Of a stretch of 64,000 nucleotides of DNA, positions 39,101 to 54,165 are shown piece after piece. The position numbers and the translations under genes were made by a program. The notes beneath the pieces are model-generated. The model was not told where the DNA came from. It was given only the letters and a program-made list of their open reading frames with translations, and did no database searches. The DNA comes from Eledone cirrhosa (taxonomy: Eukaryota), in the NCBI GenBank assembly GCA_964016885.1, contig OZ024759.1:35898001-35962000 (forward strand), written 5' to 3'. Numbering within the stretch: position 1 is the first letter of the stretch; the number at the start of each line of letters is the position of its first letter.

Positions 39101-42100
39101 GTTGAAAAAATATACCTCATTTGGTCATTCTGGGAGTATCTTGGTCAGCTGACCCTTGTATATATTTGTATATTCATATATATATATAGAGAGAGAGAGT
39201 CTGTGATGCTGAGACCAGGGAGTACTCAATACATGGGAAGATGCAGTGTAGGTGTAGAGATATTGAAAATTCTGATTTGTAGAGCATCGGACATAATACT
39301 ATCTTATGTGGCTCTTTGCTTTGTGACATATACTGGTGCCAAGCTAGCCACCTTCCTCTGTTTCTAGGGTTTTTTTACCAGATTGTCTAAGCTATTATTT
39401 TTAGTGATTGACTGTTACAGTTATTTTCTGCGTTTGGGGTTTCCCAAATTTCAAATCACCCAAGTGCTTCAAGATTTCATTATAAATATTGATTTTTCTT
39501 TCATTCTGTTTCTAGATCCAGACTCTCCCTAAAGACTGTCTGAATGGGCCAACATTTTTATTAAAACTTCTCAATATTTGGTCCAAAAATCCAAGGTAAT
39601 TTCACACAATCTTCTTTAACCCTTTAGACACCAAGCCACCTGAAACTGTTTTACAATAGAAATCATTGTTTTAAATATAATGTGGAAAGTGATCTTTGTT
39701 GTTGTTTCTTTCGTCCTAATATTTCGAGACTTAAAATTCCCTTTGTCAGAATATAAGGAAGTCTCAGTGAAAAAAAAATGTTCTGGTCTCTTCTCTTTGA
39801 AATTAGATTTAAATAAAAAATTTATAAACTGCTTATTTATATTTATCTACAAGCCATCAGTCATAATTTTTCCCCCTTCCCCCAAATTGTTGGTCTTGTG
39901 CCAAATGTAGATACAATTATTATTATTATTAAGTACACACACAAGGAAAGCAGATGTTATATGATGATGTTTGTCTCTTATCTCTCCAGACTGTTTCCCT
40001 GTTTTCTCAAGACGAAGATGATCAATGATGTCGACACCTCTCCCCTGTCGTATGTGTTCCAGCTTCTCTGTACCAGACGTATCAGTCGTACTGTCAGCTT
40101 ACTTATTGTCGATATGATCATTAACTTCTACAACCCAGAACTACCTGATGATGGCCTCGAATTTAAACTGGTTGTTGTTAATGGTTCCGGGACCCACAGC
40201 GATGATGTGAAAGGTTCCTTACCTTTTTTATTGTTAATTCTATTTTGTTGTTATATGTTATTATTACTAGATGGAAGCAATGTCTTCTCCTTCTTTCTGT
40301 CTCACACTCTCTCTCTAAACAAATGATGTTCCTTTTCTCTCTCTATCTATCTATATATCTCTCGCGTGGCACTCCCCCTCTCTCTATCTATATATCTCTC
40401 GCGTGGCACTCCCCCTCTCTATCTATATATATCTCACGTGGCACTCCCCCTCTCTATCTATCTATATATCTCTCGCGTGGCACTCCCCCCCCCCTCTCTA
40501 TATATATAGATGAGAGCAATGTCATTACTTTCTGTCACCTCATTCCCTGTTCTCCTTCTATGACATATCTCTTGCTTGCAGCTCCCTTCCTCTCTATACA
40601 GATGAGGTTGATGTCCTTACTTTCTATGGATCTTCCCCCTTCTGTCACCTTGACAACATTTTACTACTGCAGGAATATATTAACCACCATAGACATATCT
40701 TAACTGCCTCAGGCATCAAAGACATATTAACCACCATAGACATATCTAAACTATCACAGGCATCAGAGAGACAATAACTACTAAGACATATCTTAACTGC
40801 CACAGGCATCAAAGACATATTAACCACCATAGACATATCTAAACTATCACAGGCATCAGAGAGACAATAACTACTAAGACATATCTTAACTGCCTCAGGC
40901 ATCAAAGACATATTAACCACCATAGACATATCTAAACTATCACAGGCATCAGAGAGACAATAACTACTAAGACATATCTTAACTGCCTCAGGCATCAAAG
41001 ACATATTAACCACCATAGATATATCTAAACTATCACAGGCATCAGAGAGACAATAACTACTAAGACATATCTTAACTGCCTCAGGCATCAAAGACATATT
41101 AAACACCATAGACATATCTCAACAGGTCACAGACATATCTTAAACCTTCCCATCCACTTATATTCTCATACATTCATAAATATATTTCAAACTTTTAAAC
41201 TGTTTTTATTTCAGAACTTGGCAGTGAAATATTGAAACCACATTTTGAAAGTATTGTCACATATTTGAAGAATTATTTCATGGCTGTCCGCAAGAGGTTG
41301 GGTATGAAGACTGCCAACGCAAGAGAATTATCGATACTGTCACGGTATGTTAACTAGTAACTTCAGTAGTTGTTGTTGTTGTACCTGTGGTAGTGGTGGT
41401 GGTAGTAGTAGTAGTAGTTGAAGTGGTGTTTTCTCCCACAGAACTTTGGCTAGAACCCACCCACTTCAATCTGGGGACCACCCACCTCAACCTCCATTCT
41501 CTCCCACTCACTCTCTCTCTCTCTCTCCAGTATCTCAGCTGAAGTCACTGACAACCAACTTTGCTCTGAACTCGTGAAACTTTTGCTGCCGTTCCTGATC
41601 AAGAAAATCTCTCGTACCACGGTAACAACCTCTTTTCCTCTATTATAATTTTCATTTCCAACTAAATACTGTTTAATAGTCTGGATGGTAATGACACATT
41701 TGTTTTAATTGATTCACTAATTAGACTTTTAATTGATACACTAAATTGACTATGTTTTAATTGATACACTAATTAGACTATGTTTTAATTACAGACACTA
41801 ATTAGACTATGTTTTAATTGAGACACTAATTAGACTATGTTTTAATTACAGACACTAATTAGACTATGTTTTAATTACAGTCATTAATTAATCAGTTCTG
41901 TGTGAGTGAAACATGGTCCTCCAACCTGATCTCTCACAACAGGACAGCCTGTCTAACCCATGCTAGCATGGAAAATGGACTTTAACGATGTTGATGATGT
42001 TTCATGTTAATTTGATATTTCAGGAAATGGAGGTGGATTTATTGAATTCCATTCTGAATTTATTGACCCACGTTGAGAAACCACCAACTGTACTGTTCAG

Positions 42101-45100
42101 GTAATTATTAATAAGTTATAGCTCGTTAGTAAATTACTGACAACTTCTAGTCTTCTACAAATATACCTTGCCCACACCTGGGCTTGTGCCTTGGAGAGGA
42201 ACTCTCTGGGTACAAACCCAGGGTTATTCATGACCAAAGAGGTCCTATGACTTTATCATTAACAATATATCTTACCTGTTGTTTACAGACAGATGACTCA
42301 CCTGCTGTTTACTATAAACCATGAAGAGCCCAAGAGGTTATTATACGACGTGATATTGGTAAGTGATCTATAGTCTTTCGTTTAACCCTTTTAATACCAA
42401 ACCACCTGACACTGCCCCTCTTTCTACGATAAGAAGCTTTTTAATTTAAAGTGATATGGCTGGGGACCCTATCATTAAAACACCTGAGAAACCTTGTTGG
42501 AGGTCAACTAAACCTACATAGGTGTGAGCTGTAACAACATGTTAGGACTGGGGTCCTTATCATTAAAACATCCAAGAAACCTCCAATGAGGTACAACCTT
42601 CTCAGAGGCCAGCTAAACCTATATAGTGTAAGCTGTAATGAAAAAAAAAAATAAAGAGTGTGTGTCCCATAAATCTATTATATCTCATACCTCGTTAATA
42701 ATCTAGGATAAGAAACCCTTATGATTAATTTATGTTTAATTTCTTTTCTCTTCTTTTTCCTAGAAACTCTCCCAAAAAGATGACAACCTCAAAGACATTG
42801 GTGAAGTCCTGTGTGGAGTAAGTATTATAGAATTATATTGCTGTCTTTTATTTCTAGTGGCTTTTGACTGTTTCAGCTTGATGTTTCATCTGAGGTTGTT
42901 ATTTCTCTATATTGTATTGTTTGAACTCTTATCTGATCTTCCGACCCTGATACTTGCTCTGACTTAGACTCTGAGTTAATCTTCCTTCACCGAGATTTGC
43001 TCTCATTTGAACTCTGGGTTAATCTTCCTTCACCGAGATTTGAACTCTGGGTTAATCTTCCTACACCAAGACTTACTTCGATTTACTGGCTACTGTCCAT
43101 TGTTAGATCAGTAATGGAGCCCAGCTACTTGAACTTGTGTATCTGTATCAGGCATGGGCAACCTTTTTCGAGCAGTGAGGCTCATCACAAGGCGGGCCAC
43201 ATAGGATGTGGTTCATCATAAGGTGAGCCACATAGAGTGTGGCTCATAAGGTGAGCCACATACAGTGTGGCTTATAAGGTGGGCTGCACTACTAAAAGAT
43301 TCAAGGCAGTTTTGGAATTAGACGTGCCATTCAGAAAGCCAAATGAGCCTCAGTTTACCCATGACTGGTCTATATATCTGGAGAGGGGGGTTATTGTTTT
43401 TTGGAGATTTTTACATGTAATTTATCTTGTCTTTATTGCAGCTCAACTCGTGGAATACCAGGAAACTGGAAGAAATAGATTATGACAGACGCTTTTCAGC
43501 TTTTAATGCTGCCTCCAGACTGATTGCCAAAATGGAAGTGTTAGACACAGACTTCATTGTTCCAATTGTCTACAACTGCTGCCATTTCATCTCCACGGTC
43601 AGTATTTCACCTGTCATTTATTTCATTGTTTTAATTTTTAAATAAAGTTATTCTTCTTTTGTTTTATTCTTTTACTGGTTATCAGTATATATTCATCATA
43701 AGGTGTCAAAACATATCAAATATGTTTGATGTTTGTCATCCTCAATAAAAATGCTCAATGGACACTTGTTGAGAGCTATAATAATATTCTCTCTCTCATC
43801 ATCATCATCATCATCATCAACGTTTAACGTCCGTGTTCCACGCTTGCATGGGTTTGGACGGGGGTAGTCCCACTTGAGGCAAGAGTGATTGTCTTGCTCG
43901 CATAGGACTGTCTGGCAGGTTTTCTACAGTTGGATGCCCTTCCTAACACCAACCACATTTACAGTGTGGGTCTGGGAGGTTTTTACCGTGTTGCCTACAC
44001 GGCCACATTACAGCGTGGACTGTGTGTTTTTTTGTCGTGACACCTACACGATCTCATTTGTTTCGGCCTCGATGGCGCGGCACCAACATAACTTTACATA
44101 GAACGGGGTGGTGTGGATCGGGTGGGGGTGGGGGTGGTGGGACGGGGTGTATTTTGTTAGAGATGCCTACTGGCTGGAGTAGGTTTTACTATATATTTAG
44201 GTAAGGCGGGTCTTCTCTGTTACTGAGTACCGCCAAAGGTCTCGGTCCAGTGACATTGTCTTGGAGAGGTGTAAGTGTGTGATGTCGGAGTTTATCAGCT
44301 CGTCCCAGGTTTTTCTAGGTCTGCCTATTCCGTGACTACCGTCTATCTTTATTGCCCTGCACTTTGTTATACAGCTATCGACTTTCATGCGCATCACGTG
44401 TCCATACCAACGTAGCCTTCTCTCGAGTAAACAACATCTGATCCCTCTTATCTCTAATTTTTTCCTTAGTTCGTTTATGCTTTGCCGTTCACGTATATTA
44501 CTGTTACACATCCAGCGGAGCATGCAAGCTTCGTTCCTCTCTAGTCTGCGTATATCCTCTGCACACAATGCCCAGGTCTCACTGCCATGCAGCATTGCTG
44601 TTCGTATGCAGGCATCGTACAACCTGCCTTTCATTTTTAGTGAGAACCCTTTAGCAGCTAATAGTGGTAATAAGCTCTCTGAACTTTTTCCAACCAGTTC
44701 TGACTCTAGCTACAGTACTTTCAGAGCACCCTCCCCCACTGCTGATTTTATCGCCCAGGTAACGGAAGCTGTCCACTATTTCTATAGAACCCTCTGCGCA
44801 ATTGAAAGAGCTAGTAGTTTGTGGGCACTTGCTGCTACTTATTGCACCAGAGCACCGGCCACATGTAAAATCTATGTTCTTAGTTAGCTTACCTGTGATC
44901 CCACTACATCTTTTATGCACCCATACTTTGCATTTAGGACATAAAATGGAGTTTCTACCTACGCCTTTCCTACACACCGAGCACGACCATTTCCCAGAAG
45001 GGACCGCCGCCTTGTTTTCTTTCCTACAAACTAGTACTTTGGTCTTAGCCAGGTTAATTTTAAGTCCTTTTGACTCTAGGCCGTGCTTCCATGTTTGGAA

Positions 45101-48100
45101 TTTCTTCTCTAGCTCGGCCATTGATTCCGCTATGAGTGTCAGGTCGTCTGCGTATAGGAGTTCCCATGGGCAGCCTGTCTTGAACTCCTCTGTTATAGCC
45201 TGAAGGGCAATAATAAATAGTAGTGGACTGAGAACAGAGCCCTGATGGACGCCAACTTTTACGCTAAACTCTTCACTATATTCGTTGTTAATTCTAACCT
45301 TGCTGACTGTTTCTTTATACATGGCTTGTATAGCCCTCACAAGCCATTCGTCAACGCCTAGTTTTCTAAGAGCCCACCAGATAATGGAGCGGGGGACTCT
45401 GTCGAAGGCTTTCTCCAAGTCGACAAAAGCTAAGTAGAGGGGTTTACCTTTAGCTAGGTACTTCTCCTGTAGTTGTCGTACTATGAAAAGAGCGTCTGTG
45501 GTACTTTTGCCTGACACAAACCCGAACTGCATTTCATCTAGGTCAATTCTCTCTCTGATTAGTTGCGCTATTACTCTTTCCGTGACCTTCATGACCTGGT
45601 CGATTAATTTAATGCCTCTATAGTTACTCCTATCTAGGGCGTCTCCTTTACCCTTATAACAGTTAACGATGATGCTGCTATGCCAGTCCTTCGGAACAAC
45701 CCCATTCTGTACGACTTGGTTAACTATGCGGGTGACCATGGTGTGTCCCACCGTGCCAGATGCCTTCAGCATCTCAGCAACTATTTCCGAAGGCCCAGCC
45801 GCCTTACCAGTCTTCATATCCTTGATTGCCTTACTTATTATACTCCCCTCGACTAACACTGCTGGTCCCTCTATTGGGTCGATATGGGGGAGACTGCCTT
45901 TCTCCCAATTATTCTTCTCATTTAGAAGCCTTTCATAGTGACACTTCCAAGCTACCTTCTTATCAGCGTCGGTGATGGCAAGTGTGCCATCGTCGTTTAG
46001 TACACACTTCTCCCCGACAATATCACGGTTTCAATATATGTTATAAATAGTCGGGACCCAACAGCTAGTTCCAGACTCCATGATGTATATATATATAATT
46101 ACACATATACATATATATATACACACATATATATCAACATTTTTTTCTTTTTTCATCTTATATTTTCTGTTTCTCCTTCCTCCAGATAGAAGATATTTCT
46201 ATACGCCACAGCAGCACCCAGTGTTTACTAAATATTGTCAATAAATTCACCAATTCTCCAGCTGAGAAACCCATTTATCATGAAATTATTATTAAAACTC
46301 TCCTACCAAAAGTGCAACATGGCATCAAACATTCCAGTCAGGTAAGAATTCTCTTTAACCCCTTTTATACTCCAACAACCCAAGGTTCTATGATAACCAG
46401 CTGTTTATTTTAACCCTTTAGCATTTACATTACTCTATATATACTATTGTATTTTCACAGTAAAGGCTTTACCTCACATAATATCTCACATAACATTTAC
46501 ATTACTCTATATATACTATTGTATTTTCACAGTAAAGGCTTTACCTCACATAATATCTCACATAACATTTACATTACTCTATCTATACTATTGTATTTTC
46601 ACAGTAAAGGCTTTACCTCACATAATATCTCACATAACATTTACATTACTCTATATATACTATTGTATTTTCACAGTAAAGGCTTTACCTCACATAATAT
46701 CTCACATAACATTTACATTACTCTATATATACTATTGTATTTTCACAGTAAAGGCTTTACCTCACATAATATCTCACATAACATTTACATTACTCTATAT
46801 ATACTATTGTATTTTCACAGTAAAGGCTTTACCTCACATAATATCTCACATAACATTTACATTACTCTATATTTACTATTGTATTGTCACAGTAAAGACT
46901 TTACCTCACATAATATCTCACATAACATTTACATTACTCTATATATACTATTGTATTTTCACAGTAAAGGCTTTACCTCACACAATATCTCACATAACAT
47001 TTACATTACTCTATATTTACTATTGTATTTTCACAGTAAAGGCTTTACCTCACATAATATCTCACATAACATTTACATTACTCTATATATGCTATTGTAT
47101 TTTCATGGTAAAGGCTTTACCTCATAATTATCACACGTAATATCGAATCTACAAGATTTTGATATTTATTTTGAGAACAATACCTCAGCATCAGCATTGG
47201 TTACGGCTGGTTTGAACAGAAAGAGGTGAGAGAATTCTGACCAGATATGGCTGGTTTAAATGCTAAAGGGTCCGAGTGTATATATTTTTTATAAACTTTC
47301 CATCAGAACTTTATATAAGAACCTTTCTTAACCATTTTGATGCCTTCCCAAACTGCTAAAGGGTTCCTATATAAATTAAAATCTTCCAAAATAATTTTAT
47401 ATAAGAACCATATGTTAAGTTACTTTTGTAGTAATGGAATAATTAATAATTTTAGTAAATTTTATTAACAGGGTGTTTGTCGAGAATATTTCACTATCTT
47501 GCGGGCAATTGTTGTCAAGTTCTCTGCCATAAAACCTTTTGATGACCTCATTAAGTTGACTGATGATGATAAAGATATGGATTTCTTTGAAAATATGAAG
47601 AACATCAAGGTAAGAATGTCATATGTACATGTAACACCATTTGTTGACTATGTATATACACACACATATATATAAATTGCTGTATTAGAATAAAGGCATT
47701 AATATTTAGTGCAGTGCAGTCATAGTACTGTTTTGTACTTTACAAGAACATTTTGCTATTGTGGTTTCATGTGGTGCAGGATGTTAAGAGTTAACCTCTG
47801 GATGGCTGAGGTAACGTTGCTGAAAATAGGTGTCATGGGGTGGTACATAACAATTAACGAGTTGCTAACTCAATTGTTATCTTCAGTGTTTTCTTACATT
47901 TTGTCTCTTCTTCTTTTCCCCCCTCACCCTTATTACTCTTACCCCACAGGTCCAGCGTCGTTCCCGTGCCCTGCGCAGACTGGCAGCAAAACTAGACAGC
48001 TACAACATGTCCCAGGTGGTTCTGACTCGGTACCTGTTACCACTGGCATCCAGCATCATACAGAGGGAGCACAAACAGATTGAAGGGATCCAGGAAAGAG

Positions 48101-49699
48101 CCATTGAGCTTTTGGGGTCTCTCTGTGCTCTCGTGTCATGGAAGGTCTACCTAAATCAGCTTCAGTTTTATGTGAAGAGAATGGTAGTGCCAAAGAACAG
48201 CAAATGTCTGAACCAAAAGTTATTGGCCAGGTAAGTAACAAACATAATTCTTTGATCTTCTGTCACAGTTCACACCTACTGGTCTTCTAGGAGGTTTCTC
48301 AGCTGTTTTAATGATAGGACCCCCAATCCTATCATGTCATTGTTAAACCTCACCTGTGCAGGTGATGCTGTCCCCTTTTTTCATCTCCCAAGCTTTATAT
48401 CCCCAACTTCTTAGATTAATTTTTCATACCAAAATCTTATGTAAGAACCTTTGTTAAGTTATACTCCCAATATCAGCTTAACCATTTAGCATTTAAACCA
48501 GTCATGACTCACCGTTCATACGGATGTTATAGTATTGTTCTCAAAATAAATAACATCTAAATCTCGTAGATTCAATATTATGTTAGGTAAAGCCTTTACC
48601 AATAAAATAAAATAGTAAATATAGAGTAATGTAAATACTAAGGGGTTAATAATGGTTAGTTATATTACATTTTCTAAATTAACTGAAACATTGGGTATTT
48701 CATTAGAAATCTAGTAATAAAATTGTTAATTATAAGCTATATTATAAAATAATGCTCATGTTTATATATGTTCATCTGTTGCAGGGTTGTGGTCACCATT
48801 CTGGACAGTTTCCGGTTTGATTTATCCAACAGTACCTTCGATAGTGGCGAAAACAAAGGACCTTTTGGAAAATACATTGAAGATAATCAAGGTTTTTATA
48901 TTCAATTTATCAGAGATATACTTACTGTAGAGTGGTTAGTGTTAGGAAATGTCAACCAGCCATAGAAATCCTGCTTACTGTACTGTAAAGTAATTGCTCA
49001 TATAGGGCTGTTTCTAACTGGATTTCTATGGCTGGCTGTCCTTCCTAACACCAACCACTTTACAGTGTGGACTGGGTGCTCTTTGTCGTGACACCTATAC
49101 AACCACTTTACAGTGTAGACCAGGTGCTTTTTGTCATGTCACCTACACAACCACTTTACAGTGTTGGATGGGTTAAACATTACTTTGTTGTGTTTTGTCA
49201 TCCTTTACCTCTTATATATTTCTACCTCATTCTAAACTTAGTCATTTATTACATATCTCACTGTTTGGTATCAACAATACTAATAAATACTCTTGTGTCC
49301 ATTCACAGAGAAGACACAAGAGGATGGACTTGATGACGATGATGATGATGCTGATGCTGACAATAACATTGAGGATGATGACGATGATGGTGATGGCTCA
49401 GCTGTTGGTATTGTTGAAGAACTGACAGGTGCTAAGTACAGTGAAGTAAAAGACAGCAAAGGCAACGTGGTAAAATACTTGGTCTGCCCCGAAGGAATGG
49501 CTAATGTTATCCACAAGTCAATCTTGAAGAATATTGTTCCCATGTTGTACAAAGTTCTTGTGAAGAAGGTAAGGAACAGTTTTAATCCATTCTGTTGCTC
49601 TTTTGTTTTTATTTTATTTGTTTCGGTTAGTAGACTGTGGCCTTGCTGGAGCACCACCTTTTCTTTAGTTGGTTGTATATATTCTATATAATGTATGTG

Positions 49700-49740
<41 letters not shown>

Positions 49741-49812
49741 CATCAGTTTCTATAGAACTACTGTGAAACAACCTTTTGAAAAATCATTTATATACATATA
49801 CGTGTTTGTACA

Positions 49813-49847
<35 letters not shown>

Positions 49848-52800
49848 ATTGTTTTTCTTTCCAGGTGAAAAGTGAGACCGAACATAAGTTAGCTAAGAAA
49901 TCTCTTGCGGAGGAGTTTGAGATTGTACGGGTACCAGTTGCCTTGGCGATAGTGAAACTTTTACACGTTCTACCACGAGATTCACTCAAGTCTTTCTTAC
50001 CAAAGTAATTACTCCACATCTTTTTCTTTTCTTTGGTCTTTTGTAAGGTGGTCTTGATAAAAGAGCACTGTCTTCTCTGTAAGACAGTAGTGCTGGTGCC
50101 ACAACAAAAAGCACCCAGTCTGTTGTGTAATATGGTTTACATTAGCAAGGGCATCCGGCTATAAAAAATATGACAAGCCAAAAACAGATCATTTCAACAA
50201 GATGTGATCACCTGACCAGTCTAGCCTTATAATGAAACCACTTGTCTAACCCATGCCAGCATGGAAAATAGATGGTAACCTGTTGATGATGATGATGATT
50301 GTATTGAGGGGTGGATATATATATATGCAGGTTTGGTGGGGTTACCTTCCTCACCAAGACCTCTACTTGCCCTAGATACTGTACAGTGAGTGAACCTGTA
50401 ACAGCATGCTTTTGTGAAGGGCAACTTCTTTACTTTTGCATTATATTTGATTCATTTAAAAAAATATTTATTTATTCTTTCCTCATCTAATTTCAGAGTG
50501 ATCCTACGAATATGTGAGTTTTTAAGGTCTCGCTCCCTTGACATCCGTAAATCAGCTCGAGACACCCTCACTAAGATTGTCACAGTAATAGGGCCCAGTT
50601 ACCTACCTTGCATTATATATGAGTTACGTTCAGCTCTGTCTAAAGGTTACCAGGTAAGTGAAAGAAGTAATATACTGGATGTGATGGTTGTGATGTAGAA
50701 TCTAGTTTTAAAGGATATTTTAGCATACCAAGGTTTTAAGGAAAGGAAGACATTTGGCCTAGTGTTAGGGTATTGGATTCATTATCATAAGGTTGTGTAG
50801 GGAGGTAGATTGGCAGAATCAGTAGAGTGTCGCACAACATGCTTTGTGGCATAGAGTTACAAGCCTTCACGTTCTGTGTTCAAACCCCACAGAGGTTAGC
50901 TTTGCCTTTCATCCTTATGGGGTCGATAAAATAAAGTACCAGTAACACACTGGGGGTCGATTTAATCAACTTTCCTCTTCCCCAAAAAGTGTTGGCCTTG
51001 TGCCTAAAGGTTGTGTGTTCAATTCCAGGACCAAGTGAAAAGAAAAATAAGTACCAAGAGAAACTGGGAGTTGGCCCCTGCAATAGACTGCCATCATGCC
51101 CAAGGGAGTAACAACAACATGATAGGACTGGGGTACCTGTCATTAAAACACTCAAGAAACCTTCAATGAGATACAGCCTTGTTTGAGGCCCGCTAAACCT
51201 AGATAAATGTGAGCTGTAACATGATATTGGTGATGGTGGTGGTGGGGACATGTGGTTGTGGTGTTAGTGGTGATGATGTTAATATTGTTATTTTATTCTT
51301 CCAGCTTCACATTCTTGGATTCACCATCCATTCCCTACTCAATGCGATGATATCTCGGTTAAAAGCTGGTGATCTAAATCGTTGTTGTAAGAGTTTAATC
51401 GAGGTGAGTATTATTACTATTATTCTTATTAATTATTAATTAAATTCCGCTGAGGTTCAACTTGATCCATCATATATAGAAATAAATAATAATAAAAAAT
51501 GGTGACAAAATCAGTTAAATTGTATATAGAAGTAAATTTAAAATAATGTCTGTGTTTGAGTTGTTACTGTTATTAACCCATTTTCTAATTCATTTTCTTC
51601 TTATGTTCTTCTAGATCTTCAATGAAGACATCTTTGGAATGGTTGCTGAAGAGAAAACTATAGATGCAATCACATCGAACTTTATAGAAGCTCAGACATG
51701 CAAAAGTCTTCATTCATACGGATTACTTGCCAGGTTTATCAGCAAGAGTCATGCCACTCAGTTGATTGCTCCTCTTAAAGTTGTAAGTAGAATTAGAAGT
51801 AATTCTGTTGTAGTTTGAATATATGACTGTTTGATAAATATCTCAATGTAGTGGTTTGGTGTGTTAGATAGCTGGTGACCTGGTTGGTTGTGTTAGATGG
51901 CTGATGGCTTGGTTGGTTGTGTTAGATGGCTGATGGCTTGGTTGGTTGTGTTAGATGGCTGATGGCTTGGTTGGTTGTGTTAGGTAGCTGATGGCTTGGT
52001 TGGTTGTGTTAGATGGCTGATGGCTTGGTTGGTTGTGTTAGATGGCTGATGGCTTGGTTGGTTGTGTTAGATGGCTGGTGGCTTGGTTGGTTGTGTTAGA
52101 TGGCTGATGGCTTGGTTGGTTGTGTTAGATGGCTGATGGCTTGGTTGGTTGTGTTAGGTAGCTGATGGCTTGGTTGGTTGTGTTAGATGGCTGATGGCTT
52201 GGTTGGTTGTGTTAGGTAGCTGATGGCTTGGTTGGTTGTGTTAGGTAGCTGATGGCTTGGTTGGTTGTGTTAGATGGCTGATGGCTTGGTTGGTTGTGTT
52301 AGGTAGCTGATGGCTTGGTTGTTTGTGTTAGATGGCTGGTGGCTTGGTTTGTGTTAGATGGCTGATGGCTTGGTTGGAGGGTTGGTTAGTTGTCGGGAGG
52401 ATAGGGTGGAGTGGGAATTATTTTTCTTTTCTTTTGCAATTCCAACTCAAAGAAAATGAAAATCGGTGTTTGCTCTATTAGATCAAACTAAAATAGGGAG
52501 TTTTCCTCTATCAAATCAGACTTAAACTGGGAGTTTTTCTCTATCAGATCAGACTTAAACTGGGAGTTTTTCTCTATCAAATCAGACTAAAATGGAGTTT
52601 TTCTCTATCAAATCAGACTAAAACTGGGGGTTTTGCTTTATGAAAGACAGCCTTGGAAGTATTCAATCTTTCTCTGGTTCTACATCTTAGAATTCTTCTC
52701 CACTTGTTTTATTTTTTCCTTATTTCTCTTCAGATCCTCGACAGTTGTACCAATCAAAAAACCATCAAGAAAGTTGACAATATTCTCCAGAAGATTCTAG

Positions 52801-54119
52801 CTGGTCTTTTACTAAATCGAGACTTTGAGACCAAAGACCTCTTAATATTTATTCACAGCCTGGTTCTTCAAACTCTGCCATTACTAGCAAATACTAAACA
52901 GTACGTTGACTTTTTATCCTTCTTTAAACATCTTGAAAATTCCTCCTCCTCCACATTGTATGATGATCAGCTGAAAAGTCCATAGGTTGACTATGAAGAG
53001 GAGTGATACTAGAGTTGTGAAATCTTACATGTATTAATTTCAACTCTTATTAATAACAGCATTGTTTCTTTCCAAGGACTATGTTAAAAAATAAACCTCA
53101 TTTGGTCATTCCATGAGAGTATCTTGGTCAGCCTAGAGCTGTGAAATATTGCATTTTTCATCATCAAAACCCTGCATGGAAGTGGTTAAATTTAAGCTAC
53201 CATACATTCAAAATTCATATTTTGCTCAACACTTCTAAAAAGAAATCTGGTTTATTTACAGGGAGACAAACACAAAGAAAGATGAAACTGGTTTGAGACC
53301 GGAGAACTGTTTAATTATTCCGAAAGCTCCAAGGCGTGATGAAAAGAAAGCAAAGATTATTAAGAAAACAAACTTCCATGTTTTGGCTGAATTTGGACTT
53401 CAGGTGAGTTAAACTTCTTGATATCAAACCACCTGAAACTGCCCCAGGTTTTACGATACAAAACTGTTTGTTTTAAAGTGTTTATTAGCTAAAAACATTC
53501 TATCAATTATTTGGTGAGAATCTTTAAATTATATTCCAAAATACTAGCTTAATGCTGAAGAAGTTAGTTATATTACAAAATCCCTCCAAATTCTTGAATA
53601 TTTTCAAAATGGTTTAAAAACCACAGACAGTGTCTTTCATTAGAAATATGGTAATGAAAGGGTTAATGACATAGACAGTGTCTTTCATTTGAAATATGGT
53701 AATGAAAGGGTTAAGGCACTAGTATATTTTACTCCTTTTGCATCTTTCAGCTCCTCTACCTCACGTTTAAAAAGTCCCGACTGAAATCCACAGAGAAGGA
53801 ACACTTGGAACTGCTGGATCCTTTTGTCACGATTCTTATCGACTCCATTGAGTCAAAGCATCTACCGATGGTGATCTTCTCACTGAAGTCTCTCAATATT
53901 ATGATGAAATTTCCGTTGCCTTCAATGAGAAAGAATATCAACCACTTTGCCAACCACTTGTTTTCACTGCTGAATAGCTACGGAGCTTCTGGTACTGCTC
54001 GCGGTAAAAATGCTGAACTAATTACAGTCATTTTCAAGGTAAATATATATATGTATGTATTTACTAGATGAGGGTGGCCTCTTCTCCCTCATTCTGTCAT
54101 ACTATCACACACACACACA

Positions 54120-54165
<46 letters not shown>

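Noticed and set aside
40645-41115. 156-aa ORF with a 32-aa repeat
   Set aside because: A 96-bp tandem repeat in an intron, with no domain features.
44387-45938. Plus-strand ORFs overlapping the LINE
   Set aside because: Antisense shadows of the RT ORF.
46447-47127. 226-aa ORF with a 24-aa repeat
   Set aside because: Product of a 72-bp intronic tandem array derived from a MITE.
51860-52380. Regular 29-bp repeats (and other arrays) as a CRISPR array
   Set aside because: No unique spacers, no cas genes, and a eukaryotic intron context.
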